Origin: Nitrososphaera sp.
GTDB lineage: Archaea; Thermoproteota; Nitrososphaeria; Nitrososphaerales; Nitrososphaeraceae
Direction of reading: 5' to 3'
Assembly: GCA_025449675.1 (NCBI GenBank)
Contig: JANWIX010000074.1
Coordinates: 29,926-93,925 of the forward strand
DNA: 64,000 nucleotides
The position numbers and the translations under genes were made by a program. Every line of letters begins with the position of its first letter. Positions within the stretch are counted from its first letter, which is position 1. The notes under the pieces are model-generated. The model saw only the letters and a program-made list of their open reading frames with translations. It did not search any database and had not been told where the DNA came from. Of the stretch, positions 37,567 to 46,222 are shown in pieces.

Positions 37567-38058
37567 ATGATGGCGATACAAAAGCTGGTAGCATTTTGGC
37601 ACAGGTACGAGAACCTCAACCTCAGGATAGCGTTTGTCCTCATTTCGCTCCAGCTGATACACCTCTACTGGCTCACGGCAGACGTTGTCATAAAGAGAAT
37701 AGCTGGCGACAGTTCTCCCGGCCTGTCACAGAGCGGCGCATTGTTCATCTTTTTCATCGTGATAGACTATGTCGAAATACCGGCACTAGTCGCCGGACTT
37801 GCATACTATGCACTGAGCGTCTACAAACGCGAAGAGCATTCCACCAAGAACGCCCTACTGCTGGCAATGCTGGCCGTGCAGGTCTTTCACATTTTCTGGA
37901 TTACAGACGAGGTCGTGTACGAGACATTCTTTGGCTCGTCGAGCGCGGTAGAGATTCCGGAATTTGCGGCCTGGGTGGCAATTCTTATTGACTATCTCGA
38001 GCTTCCGGTTATTGCAGACCTCTTTTATCGAGCCATAATAAGGGGCGGAAAAAAGTAG
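37567..38058 (+). CDS. membrane hypothetical protein
   Basis: 4 TM with internal repeat (HLYWLTAD/HIFWITDE, IDYVEIP/IDYLELP). Confidence 0.75.
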   Translation: MMAIQKLVAFWHRYENLNLRIAFVLISLQLIHLYWLTADVVIKRIAGDSSPGLSQSGALFIFFIVIDYVEIPALVAGLAYYALSVYKREEHSTKNALLLAMLAVQVFHIFWITDEVVYETFFGSSSAVEIPEFAAWVAILIDYLELPVIADLFYRAIIRGGKK

Positions 38059-38066
38059 CGCCCAGA

Positions 38067-38405
38067 TTACGAAGGTTTCGGGCAGCCTTCCATGGGCCAG
38101 ATGAATATTTCCTTGCCCTGGAGCTTCCAAAGCTGATTCGAGTACAAGGCAGTGTCGTCAATATGACAGCGCTCGCACATGTTCACAGAGATATCAGAAG
38201 ATGGCTTGCCTATGGCTAAAAGGAACTCTTTTGCGTACTCGACTGCCTTTGTGTCCATCTCGTCTGGTACCTGAGAAGCCCTGCCCTTGTCCGTCGGTAT
38301 GAAAACATCAAAGTGGACCTTGCCTCCGTCAGCGTATGTGTTGTAGACTATGACTTTTTTTCCTTGGCCCGAATACGGTTCGAGCTTTGTCTTGCCGCCT
38401 TGCAT
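38067..38405 (-). CDS. DUF2024-like protein
   Basis: VYNTY...HFDVFIP...AVEYAKEFL...CERCH. Confidence 0.7.
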   Translation of the reverse strand: MQGGKTKLEPYSGQGKKVIVYNTYADGGKVHFDVFIPTDKGRASQVPDEMDTKAVEYAKEFLLAIGKPSSDISVNMCERCHIDDTALYSNQLWKLQGKEIFIWPMEGCPKPS

Positions 38406-38494
38406 CGCAAGGGTAAGAGTTGGCAGGGGATTTATTTTTTCCGAACCAGTGCGATGCCGCAGGTAGAGCAATTCAGGGGGAAATACTCGATCCG

Positions 38495-39100
38495 CTATTC
38501 ATCTTCGAGTAACATGGTTTCAAAGGCCACGGCTTTGTCGGGTTCTGCCGCATAAATTACGTGGTGATGGTTCTTTAACAGTCCTCTGATCCATTCATCC
38601 CTCTTGGATTTCTCTATTCCAGAAATATCATAGTAACACATCTGTGAATTGTCGAATTCCTCAAAATGATCCTGGCCTGTTTTTTCGACGGCCAGCCCCA
38701 ACCGCATACCTTCTATCGTTGCCGTGTCCGTTATCGTCCTGCCAACAAATCTGAACGGCGGTTTCATGCCTATGGTAGCTTCTTCTCGTATCCGTTTGAG
38801 AGTGCCAAGCATGTCAAGTTTATTCTCATCAGACCTTTCTATGCGATAAAAGCGTAGAGAGTTTTTCTTTTTGTACGAATCAACGTCAACGCCCTGTGCC
38901 GACAGCCTTGCTTCAACTAGCTCTGAGCTATCAGGCGTAAAGAAAACGCAAGACTCTCCCTTTTCTAGGCCGTTCAGGAAATAACGTGCTATTATCAGAT
39001 CTGCGTACTTTGGGTTGTCGTATAGCAGGACTATGTGGTTGTTGCCTTCCAGTCCGTCAAGAAACTTTGTCGGACGGTAGCTTGTCTTTTCAGCGCTCAT
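38495..39100 (-). CDS. MEDS sensory domain protein
   Basis: HIVLLYD...YFLNGLEKGESCVF...MCYYD...HHHVI. Confidence 0.82.
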   Translation of the reverse strand: MSAEKTSYRPTKFLDGLEGNNHIVLLYDNPKYADLIIARYFLNGLEKGESCVFFTPDSSELVEARLSAQGVDVDSYKKKNSLRFYRIERSDENKLDMLGTLKRIREEATIGMKPPFRFVGRTITDTATIEGMRLGLAVEKTGQDHFEEFDNSQMCYYDISGIEKSKRDEWIRGLLKNHHHVIYAAEPDKAVAFETMLLEDE

Positions 39101-39393
39101 TGAATCTCCCTCTCTGAAACGTCAAGGTACTTTACCCCCATGGCGAGGAGAAATTCGCTGATGCGATCATAATCCTGCAGAAAATCCCTCCCTTTCTCGG
39201 TTATCCCAAGCGGGCCCTGCCTGATCATGTTCCTGCCTTCCAGTTCATCCAGGTACCTGACAAGTTTGTCATATGCAAGGTTGCTGAGGGACTGCACTCT
39301 GGTTGGCTTTGCCTCACCGTTTTCTAACTCTTGGCTAATTGCGCAGAGTATGTCATTGTATATTTCCATCTTGTTGCGCTTCGGTTTCGGCAC
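39097..39393 (-). CDS. winged-helix regulator (HTH_45-like)
   Basis: RNKMEIYNDIL...TRVQSLSNLAY...ITEKGRDFL. Confidence 0.88.
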   Translation of the reverse strand: MPKPKRNKMEIYNDILCAISQELENGEAKPTRVQSLSNLAYDKLVRYLDELEGRNMIRQGPLGITEKGRDFLQDYDRISEFLLAMGVKYLDVSEREIQ

Positions 39394-39474
39394 TCACCAT
39401 CGGTCGCCCTTTCTAATTAATAAGCCTCCCCTTGGGGCGTAACGCCTTTTATGCAATACGCGATAAGGGAATCC

Positions 39475-39870
39475 ATGAACAAAACCGAATCCGCTACGCA
39501 AGAAATCGGAAACCATCTTGAAGCCTTTTTCTACAAGGTACCGAAAAAGAACCACGACGCAGTCGTAACGAACCTGAAGAAATTCGTGCCATGGTTCGAC
39601 GAAAATGGAGTAAAGATCGAGTACTACCAATATGCCGGTAGCCAGACTTCAATGGAAGGATTTGAAAACATTGACAAGACGCTTTCAGCCTCGGAAGACG
39701 AGGAGATATGGGTCGAGCTGCAATACTATAGAGACCGCAAGCACTGCGAGGATATTTTCGCAAAGATGATGAAGGACAAGAGTCTCGAATCCCTTGGGAA
39801 AGAGTTCTTTGGCCTGATATCGCAGGGAAAGACCCTCGTCACCGGCGGGTTTAGCCGCCTCAGAGAGTAG
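39475..39870 (+). CDS. DUF1428-like protein
   Basis: FFYKVPKKNHD...YRDRKH...MMKD...GGF. Confidence 0.7.
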   Translation: MNKTESATQEIGNHLEAFFYKVPKKNHDAVVTNLKKFVPWFDENGVKIEYYQYAGSQTSMEGFENIDKTLSASEDEEIWVELQYYRDRKHCEDIFAKMMKDKSLESLGKEFFGLISQGKTLVTGGFSRLRE

Positions 39871-39990
39871 GAGTCGCGTCAATGATAGGCGATACCATTC
39901 ATCATTCCTGACCCGAATACTGAACTGGAAGAATCAGGTGGAACTGCTATGAGCACTAGGTTTTCGTCCGGACACTCACCGATGTAGAAG

Positions 39991-40016
39991 AAAAAAGTGG
40001 GAAGCGAACGCTTCCC
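39991..40016 (-). terminator. hairpin + T-tract terminator-like element
   Basis: GGGAAGCG-AA-CGCTTCCC (39999-40016) followed by a T run on the minus strand, just after gene 40027-41010. Confidence 0.5.
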
Positions 40017-40026
40017 TTTCCTGCAG

Positions 40027-41010
40027 CTACCTCTTGAAGAGCCTTGTTCTACCCAGTACGCTGACAGCTCCTATCGCCGCTGCTACTGCGCCCAGTGCCA
40101 CAATAGGAAATTCGGGCACTACTTGTGTTCCAGTTATTTCTATGTCATGTTCGCTGTGAGTGTAGGTAATTGTCATTACAGCGTCGACTGACCCTTCATT
40201 GGCTACCTCAAAGTTGGTGGTAGCTTGGCCGTCAATAGTAACGGTGTATGGTCCTTCAAGCATTTTTCCAATCTCGATCTCTGTCGTACCCTCAGTCCCA
40301 GTTTCACCGTCAGCTGTGAATGATACTCTCTTGTTGTCTGCGTCCAGTTCAAGTGGGCCGATAGTAGAGCTTGATCTAATGCTGACGTCCACATTTGCAT
40401 CAGCAATGATGACAGTGCGAGTAACGCTAGTCAGCTCGATAATCGCCCCGCCATCCGTCCCCTCGCTGTCCATTGCACCATCTACTGACAATGAATCAAC
40501 AGCAGAGTTAAACGCGCCAACTTTGCTGTCAAATTCTGCAGTTGGTGTCATGAACATCACCGCCACAATTTTATCCGCTGTCTCTATTGTAACCATCCTT
40601 GATTTCTGATTTGAGCTCGGACATTCTACAGTAATCTCGTTTGCCTGTACGCCAGCAACAGTTCGTGACGTGACTGAAGGCGGATTACAGTCAATTACAT
40701 CTTGGGTCAACGAATCCGGATCCTTTGCATCGCGTCCGGCTTTGGCTGTAACCAGCAAATTAATAGTGCTCATTGTTGCCGGGTCGGGTTCAGAAAGTCC
40801 ACCAGGGCTTGTAGCCACTAATGTCGTTTCAGAAGTCTGTGATACTTCAAAGCCGCTCCAGCCATCTGGGAACGTTATTTGAACCCCTGCTTCCGCATTT
40901 ACGTATGTGCCGCTCACTGCTTCCGGCATCTGCGCATATGCAGACACTGCTGCTACCGGCAGCAACAGCAGCAAACCTGCAAGTAAAGCTTCTTTTGTAT
41001 GTCTGTGCAT
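40027..41010 (-). CDS. secreted PEF(G)-CTERM surface protein
   Basis: Signal peptide; YTHSEHDIEITGTQVVPEFP + TM. Confidence 0.85.
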   Translation of the reverse strand: MHRHTKEALLAGLLLLLPVAAVSAYAQMPEAVSGTYVNAEAGVQITFPDGWSGFEVSQTSETTLVATSPGGLSEPDPATMSTINLLVTAKAGRDAKDPDSLTQDVIDCNPPSVTSRTVAGVQANEITVECPSSNQKSRMVTIETADKIVAVMFMTPTAEFDSKVGAFNSAVDSLSVDGAMDSEGTDGGAIIELTSVTRTVIIADANVDVSIRSSSTIGPLELDADNKRVSFTADGETGTEGTTEIEIGKMLEGPYTVTIDGQATTNFEVANEGSVDAVMTITYTHSEHDIEITGTQVVPEFPIVALGAVAAAIGAVSVLGRTRLFKR

Positions 41011-41125
41011 TTGGTTAATTACAAGCTGCGTGTATAAAAGGATGAAACGACTGGCAATATGGATTACCTGCGGCGCTCCGATGTATTCCCTTACCTTTGG
41101 CTAAGTTAGTTAGGCTTGAAAAGAG

Positions 41126-41137
41126 TGGGCCCAAGGG
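41126..41137. repeat. att-like copy of tRNA-Ile2 3' end
   Basis: TGGGCCCAAGGG identical to 45178-45189. Confidence 0.55.
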
Positions 41138-41321
41138 AACATCATATTAAATTGATTGGTGGTTTCCACGAGAGTCATGGTCCTAGTCAATACTTGACTT
41201 CCAGTCGCCTGGTAGTCAGGGGTTTGAAGCCGTATGACATCTAGAAATCTTGTATAATATCTTGAAGGTCAAATAGAGTCCAAAGTGTCCAAGATTTGAT
41301 GAATCCAGAAAAATGATGCGG

Positions 41322-41549
41322 TCAGATAGGAATCTCTATGACGAGCTTCCTATCCTTCTTGGAACGCTCTTCCAATACGTCTAATACCAGTTGAATGGCT
41401 TCAGTCATGTTTGCTTTCAGCTCTTCGATAGTTTCGCCTTGGCTAATGGCACCAGGCAACTCGATGCACTGTCCGGAATAGCCTCCCTCCGGGGCTTCAT
41501 GGATCCTTATCGTGAATTTTCTATTGCCAATGCTTTTCTTTATGGCCAT
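41322..41549 (-). CDS. hicB: HicB family antitoxin
   Basis: EGGYSGQCIELPGAISQGETIEELKANMTEAI. Confidence 0.9.
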   Translation of the reverse strand: MAIKKSIGNRKFTIRIHEAPEGGYSGQCIELPGAISQGETIEELKANMTEAIQLVLDVLEERSKKDRKLVIEIPI

Positions 41550-41594
41550 TTGATGTAGGATATTACCTAATTCTGAATATAAAAGGTTAACATG

Positions 41595-41808
41595 TCATAG
41601 CTCATTGAGAAATTCTTCCTTGGATTTCCCTGCTTGATCGAGAATTGATTTCAAAGTTGTTTCCTTTATCCGATCATGTCGCGGAACAGTGACGTATCTG
41701 CCATCCTGATGAATCATGATGATGTGACTCCCTCACTGCCTCACCACTCTAAAGCCACGGTGATTTAGAACCCTCAGAACATCGCGATAATCATGATTTC
41801 AGGCTCAA
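41595..41808 (-). pseudogene. hicA: HicA family toxin with internal stop
   Basis: Manual: ...DVLRVLNHRGFRVVRQ*GSHIIMIH...VTVPRHDRIKETTLKSILDQAG; TGA at 41733-41735. Confidence 0.85.
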
Positions 41809-41967
41809 GGTTAGTGTTGCTCCATAGATGAGCATAAAAAGTTGCTGTACGCTGATTTGTCCAGCCATCATTCGAAAATGATTTCAAAGGTTTCTGATGC
41901 AACAGTCGCAGAAATGTTAATCGAATTTCGAAGCACAGCGGCGTTCATGCTGGTCATGAAGAAAGTA

Positions 41968-41989
41968 TGGGCCCAAGGATCTGTGAACC
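41968..41989. repeat. second att-like copy of tRNA-Ile2 3' end
   Basis: Minus strand GGTTCacAgatCCTTGGGCCCA aligns without gaps to the tRNA T-arm/acceptor. Confidence 0.55.
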
Positions 41990-42036
41990 AAAATTGACTC
42001 AATTTTTCGGTTCGCACGCCCAGAAGGATAGTGAAA

Positions 42037-42230
42037 TCAGCCAGGAATTTCAATAACGAGCTTTCTATCTTTTTTAGATCGCTCTTCTAATGTATCCAGC
42101 ACCAGTTGGATGGCCTCCGTAATGTTTCCTTCAGTTCTTCGATAGTCTCGCCTTCGCTAATGACACCGGGCAGTTCTATACATTGTCCCGTGTAGCCGCC
42201 TTCTCGAGCTTTTTGAATCCGTAATGGGGG
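42037..42230 (-). pseudogene. hicB: second HicB copy, frameshifted
   Basis: RIQKAREGGYTGQCIELPGVISEGETIEELK/NITEAIQLVLDTLEERSKKDRKLVIEIPG*, 1-nt deletion. Confidence 0.8.
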
Positions 42231-42320
42231 TTTCGACAGGAATCACTCCATAGCTAGCTAAGAGGTTTTCGTAAGCAATCTAGCCTTCCAGAAGTAAAGT
42301 GGCGCAACCGGCCGCTTCAA

Positions 42321-45056
42321 TTACCGTTTGACCAATTTTGCTTTTCCTAGGATGCTGATAACCCCAATAACCGCTGCTAGAATGCCCAATGCGGCAATCG
42401 GAAATTCCGGCACTATTACAGTAGCTTGATCAAGCTTTGCATTTATCTCCCCTATTTTGGCGTCAATGCTTTCTGAATCCGCCCTGTCTCTAATCAGTCC
42501 GACCAGCTCAACGCGTAGCATCTGCTCTATCTGTTCTTTCAATTCTGTCGCATTGCGCTGATCTAGCTCCGTTTCCACGTGTTCAAAGTTGTCAATGTAG
42601 GCCATTGTGGCAAGCTCTTCAGCGCCGGTAGCATTACCCGCCTTGTACTCTGTCGAAACCATGCCGAGAAGGTTTTTGACGTTTTGAATGTATTCCAACG
42701 CGGTGAATGTGTCACTCCCTGAGCCTCCCTCGACAGATATACTCTTGAATACGCTATCCGCCGGAGGGTTGGAATTGACGTATGTCCAATACTCATCACT
42801 TCCAATTTCTATTCCTCCAGGCAATGGCTTATCCTCACCCGATATAGGTGTGATAAAGGCGGTTGAAGGATAATACTCTGGGGGCATTTCAAAATAAGCC
42901 GGTGAACCGGCTTTCATTTCCAAAATGTACGAATAGTCAGAGTATTCAAAGGGCTCAGGATAGCTAATTGTCACATTGAATGTTGCATCTGAATTAGAGG
43001 CAAGGTATGCTCCCGGGATTGTTGGAACAGGGCTGTGTCTTACCAGTCTAACAGGGCCCGTCTTGCTCCCGGATTCAGGTATAGTCTCGGCAGCAGAGTC
43101 GTGGACATAATTGCGATCCTCAACATCTGCAAAAAACCCGTGGTCAACAAAATTCATATCAAGATCCGTCTGCGAAATGCCAAGGCCCCCAAAAGCGTTG
43201 TAGATATCAACAGCAGTAGTTGCCTTGCTTCTATCAAGCTCCTGAAGAATTGTCTTTGCGTCAAGCGACACAGTATCGGTGGGAGAGGGATATACGTTAG
43301 AGCTCTTGGTTAGTGTGCCATTTCGCATGAATCCAACACCTACCTCCTTACCCTTATCATGGAAATCCCAAAGAACGCCGGCTACTGCAAATTCTTCGTC
43401 ATCACCACTCCATGCCTTGTAATTTAATTCAACATCTATCATGCTAGCTCCGACTCGATAAAGGTCGGGATGCGGATGGCCATGGAATTCATTGGTGAGC
43501 ATCGCAAAAAAAGATGCCATTCCCTCTATGTACGAGTCATTTGTACTGTTGTTACTGTAGCCTTTATGGGGAATCCCTCGAGTGCTTAACTCCGGAAAAT
43601 TCGGCGCGTGCATCTCGTATAATAGATAGTGCCCGAGCTCATGCCACTCTCTATTAAGTGGAGCATCAGGGTAAGAAGCAGGACTGGCCCCGTCGCAAAT
43701 GTATGCACCGCTACCCGTAGCTTCGACTTTGTCAAGTAAACTGCCTAGGTCGCCAAACGTTGGTCTTGGACCATGAGCGCCATACCATGCGTTATCGGCT
43801 CCAATAGGGCACTCATTATCGATGTGGTGGGACTTCATCATTACTGGGCGTAACTGGGTCCCTAACCCCAAGTTCTCCAAGTACTTCATCGCACGATAAC
43901 TGTTGTAGTAAATGTAGCCTGAATTCATCTGGATTCTTGCGTTGCCCCCCGTACCTTCCCAATCTTCTAGTTCCATGAAAGTGATGATATCCAACAATTT
44001 CTGTTGGCTGCCGTACAGAAAATCTACCTCTGCTTCGTAGCTGCCGTCAGCAGTGCGCTTCCACTTCAAGCATTCTGTTGCAGGGTCCTCGTCAACGCAC
44101 ATTGCCTGATAAACGGGAATGAATCTCCCGCTATCATTCTTGCCGTTGGTCACAGCGAACTCGGGCTTGCCTTCATACCACAAGAGAGATACGACTAGGA
44201 TTCTTCGGGGCTTGCCAGGATCTGTGAAGCTAAATTCGTACTTGGCATCAGAGTCGTCAGATGTTGCCGTCTTTTCAAAAAAGGGCGGCTTTGATACACT
44301 AAGTTTCTTAATCATGGGTTCTGCAATCTCGGCGATTGCGACCCTCGAGTTCGATATGGGTACGCTCTTCAAGCCCCGCACTCCCTCTACCATGCTACTC
44401 ACTTTGCCGAAAATGCGGAACGCACCCGATGGGAAGATCGTCATGAGGCATCCATGCTCCGAATGTTCATCCTCATCTGCATAATCGAGGTAGCCGTCCG
44501 ACTTGAAAGATCCCCCATTCTCGAGATCTACATTCGAAAAGGTACAACTGGCGTCTACGTAACCGTACTGATTGTATGTTGTCAATCCATATTTCTTGCA
44601 CTCCGTATCAGATTCAACATGTGTTAGATTTTCTCCCCGGATAGAAACTTGAACTCTTGATGTATCGCCTCGAATCCTGACTTCCATGGAAGCTTCGCCT
44701 TCTAATAAGAGGGTGTAGGAAGCCGTACCACAATTGTCATCGTAAGTTTCCTTGTAATGTCCGGTTCCATTGCCTCTTAACTCGTTGAGAAATGGGTGAA
44801 TTACCGTTGCGTTTGACCTAAAGCTGATTTGATGATCGTCACTTACTACAGGGTCGCCAGGTAAAGTATGGTAGTAGGTAATGTATCTGTATTCGATTTG
44901 AACGACGTAGCCCGGATTGGGTGGGAGGTTAAAGCCTTGTGCGTTCGCATTTTGAGCGGGAGGCACACTGATGACAACGACTTGTAGGAGCAATAGAGTC
45001 GCGGCAAATAACAGAACGGTTCCTTTCAAGAGAGCAGTTCCTGCAACGCGATCCAT
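42321..45056 (-). CDS. large secreted zinc-metallopeptidase-like protein with PEF(G)-CTERM anchor
   Basis: Signal peptide; HELGH followed by EGMASF (gluzincin-like); IVPEFP + TM. Confidence 0.75.
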   Translation of the reverse strand: MDRVAGTALLKGTVLLFAATLLLLQVVVISVPPAQNANAQGFNLPPNPGYVVQIEYRYITYYHTLPGDPVVSDDHQISFRSNATVIHPFLNELRGNGTGHYKETYDDNCGTASYTLLLEGEASMEVRIRGDTSRVQVSIRGENLTHVESDTECKKYGLTTYNQYGYVDASCTFSNVDLENGGSFKSDGYLDYADEDEHSEHGCLMTIFPSGAFRIFGKVSSMVEGVRGLKSVPISNSRVAIAEIAEPMIKKLSVSKPPFFEKTATSDDSDAKYEFSFTDPGKPRRILVVSLLWYEGKPEFAVTNGKNDSGRFIPVYQAMCVDEDPATECLKWKRTADGSYEAEVDFLYGSQQKLLDIITFMELEDWEGTGGNARIQMNSGYIYYNSYRAMKYLENLGLGTQLRPVMMKSHHIDNECPIGADNAWYGAHGPRPTFGDLGSLLDKVEATGSGAYICDGASPASYPDAPLNREWHELGHYLLYEMHAPNFPELSTRGIPHKGYSNNSTNDSYIEGMASFFAMLTNEFHGHPHPDLYRVGASMIDVELNYKAWSGDDEEFAVAGVLWDFHDKGKEVGVGFMRNGTLTKSSNVYPSPTDTVSLDAKTILQELDRSKATTAVDIYNAFGGLGISQTDLDMNFVDHGFFADVEDRNYVHDSAAETIPESGSKTGPVRLVRHSPVPTIPGAYLASNSDATFNVTISYPEPFEYSDYSYILEMKAGSPAYFEMPPEYYPSTAFITPISGEDKPLPGGIEIGSDEYWTYVNSNPPADSVFKSISVEGGSGSDTFTALEYIQNVKNLLGMVSTEYKAGNATGAEELATMAYIDNFEHVETELDQRNATELKEQIEQMLRVELVGLIRDRADSESIDAKIGEINAKLDQATVIVPEFPIAALGILAAVIGVISILGKAKLVKR

Positions 45057-45177
45057 TCTGTATCGGACTATCCTGCGCCTCTGTTGCATGATTGAATTAT
45101 TAAGGATAGCTCACAAGCGATCTCGACGTGGAAGAAATATGGATTGCAACCAGCTTGAGCGACAGTATGGTTGGAAA

Positions 45178-45252
45178 TGGGCCCAAGGGGATTCGGACCC
45201 CTGGCCGACCGGTTATGAGCCGGTCGCTCTAACCAGGCTGAGCTATGGGCCC
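45178..45252 (-). tRNA. trnI: tRNA with CAT anticodon, probably tRNA-Ile2
   Basis: GGGCCCATAGCTCAGCCTGGTTAGAGCGACCGGCTCATAACCGGTC...TGGGCCCA; GGGCCC acceptor typical of archaeal Ile tRNAs. Confidence 0.88.
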
Positions 45253-45303
45253 CAAACAAAAAATCCGTAAAGATGCAGTATGTATAAAGGTTTGGAGATC
45301 GTT

Positions 45304-45951
45304 TCAGCAGTACATCCCGACGTACTTTTCCTGCACCGAGTCAAGAAGCAGATTCTGCGCTTTCAACGACTTTACCGCCGCGTAGTAGGCAATTTCCTGC
45401 TTGTCCGCGGGAATTTTCTGCAGTATCTCCCGCCACACCTGCGCGTGCCTTACGTCTGCCTCTTCATGAATCTCGAAATACCTTGTTGCGTCTTTGCTGT
45501 CAAGGTCGTAGTATTTTTTCAGGCCGTCGATCTTTGATCTGCTTATCTTTGGCAGTTCAGCCTCGTAGGCGTACATCGCAGCCACCGCTTCTTCGAAGGA
45601 AGAGACCGCCAGGACCTGCAACGCGCTGACTGCACTTTTCGTCTTTGCTTCGCCTTCGTAGCCCGAGAGTTCACTTCTAGAGATTCCGAGTGATTCGGCA
45701 AACTTTATCCAGGGCTCGACGTGTTGGGCCTCTTCTCTCGCGTTGCTGGCAATATCATCCTTCACAGCAGAATCGGCAGCCGGAATACTTTCTACAAGAC
45801 TTGGAACTGCCTTGACCAGCTGAAAGTATTCTTTTGAATATCCCTGCAAGTGATCGATTGTCAGCTTGCCCTCTGACCACATCCGGTAGAACGGGTGCTT
45901 GAGCAGGCTGCGCTTCTCAATTTCGGAATCGATCATTTGGATAATGTCCAT
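45304..45951 (-). CDS. CADD-like / TenA-PqqC heme-oxygenase-like diiron protein
   Basis: LLKHPFYRMWSEG, EE..HVEPW, YAYE, KIDGL, YFEIHEEADVRH. Confidence 0.85.
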   Translation of the reverse strand: MDIIQMIDSEIEKRSLLKHPFYRMWSEGKLTIDHLQGYSKEYFQLVKAVPSLVESIPAADSAVKDDIASNAREEAQHVEPWIKFAESLGISRSELSGYEGEAKTKSAVSALQVLAVSSFEEAVAAMYAYEAELPKISRSKIDGLKKYYDLDSKDATRYFEIHEEADVRHAQVWREILQKIPADKQEIAYYAAVKSLKAQNLLLDSVQEKYVGMYC

Positions 45952-46036
45952 GTGCAATATTATTGCTCTCCAATAAAAAAACCTTATGACTTTGAGCAAA
46001 GGATTTTATGGGAATGTTCTTACAATTTCGTAAAGT

Positions 46037-46133
46037 GCTCCGGTGGTGTAGTAGCCAGAACTGGCTGCACAGTCCGGTCAAGCATTGTGGCCTTTCAAGT
46101 CGCAGAGCCCGGGTTCAAATCCCGGCCGGAGCA
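46037..46133 (+). tRNA. trnE: tRNA-Glu(TTC) with 21-nt D-loop intron (46052-46072)
   Basis: GCTCCGG/CCGGAGC-A acceptor, CT-TTC-AA loop, TTCAAAT; BHB motif around intron. Confidence 0.9.
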
Positions 46134-46222
46134 TTTTCTAAATCTGGTTGCGCAACGCTTTTCAGACAACAGTAAATTAATATGGTCACGTTTTGAAATA
46201 ACCTCAGGGAAAGAGCAGATTT

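Larger units (their letters stand above)
41126..45190. mobile_element. degenerate genomic islet at tRNA-Ile2 (no integrase)
   Basis: Two partial duplications of the tRNA 3' end, hicAB debris, large accessory gene. Confidence 0.5.

Noticed and set aside
45068-45270. ORFs 45068-45259, 44971-45270 and 45895-46251
   Set aside because: They overlap tRNA genes; spurious.
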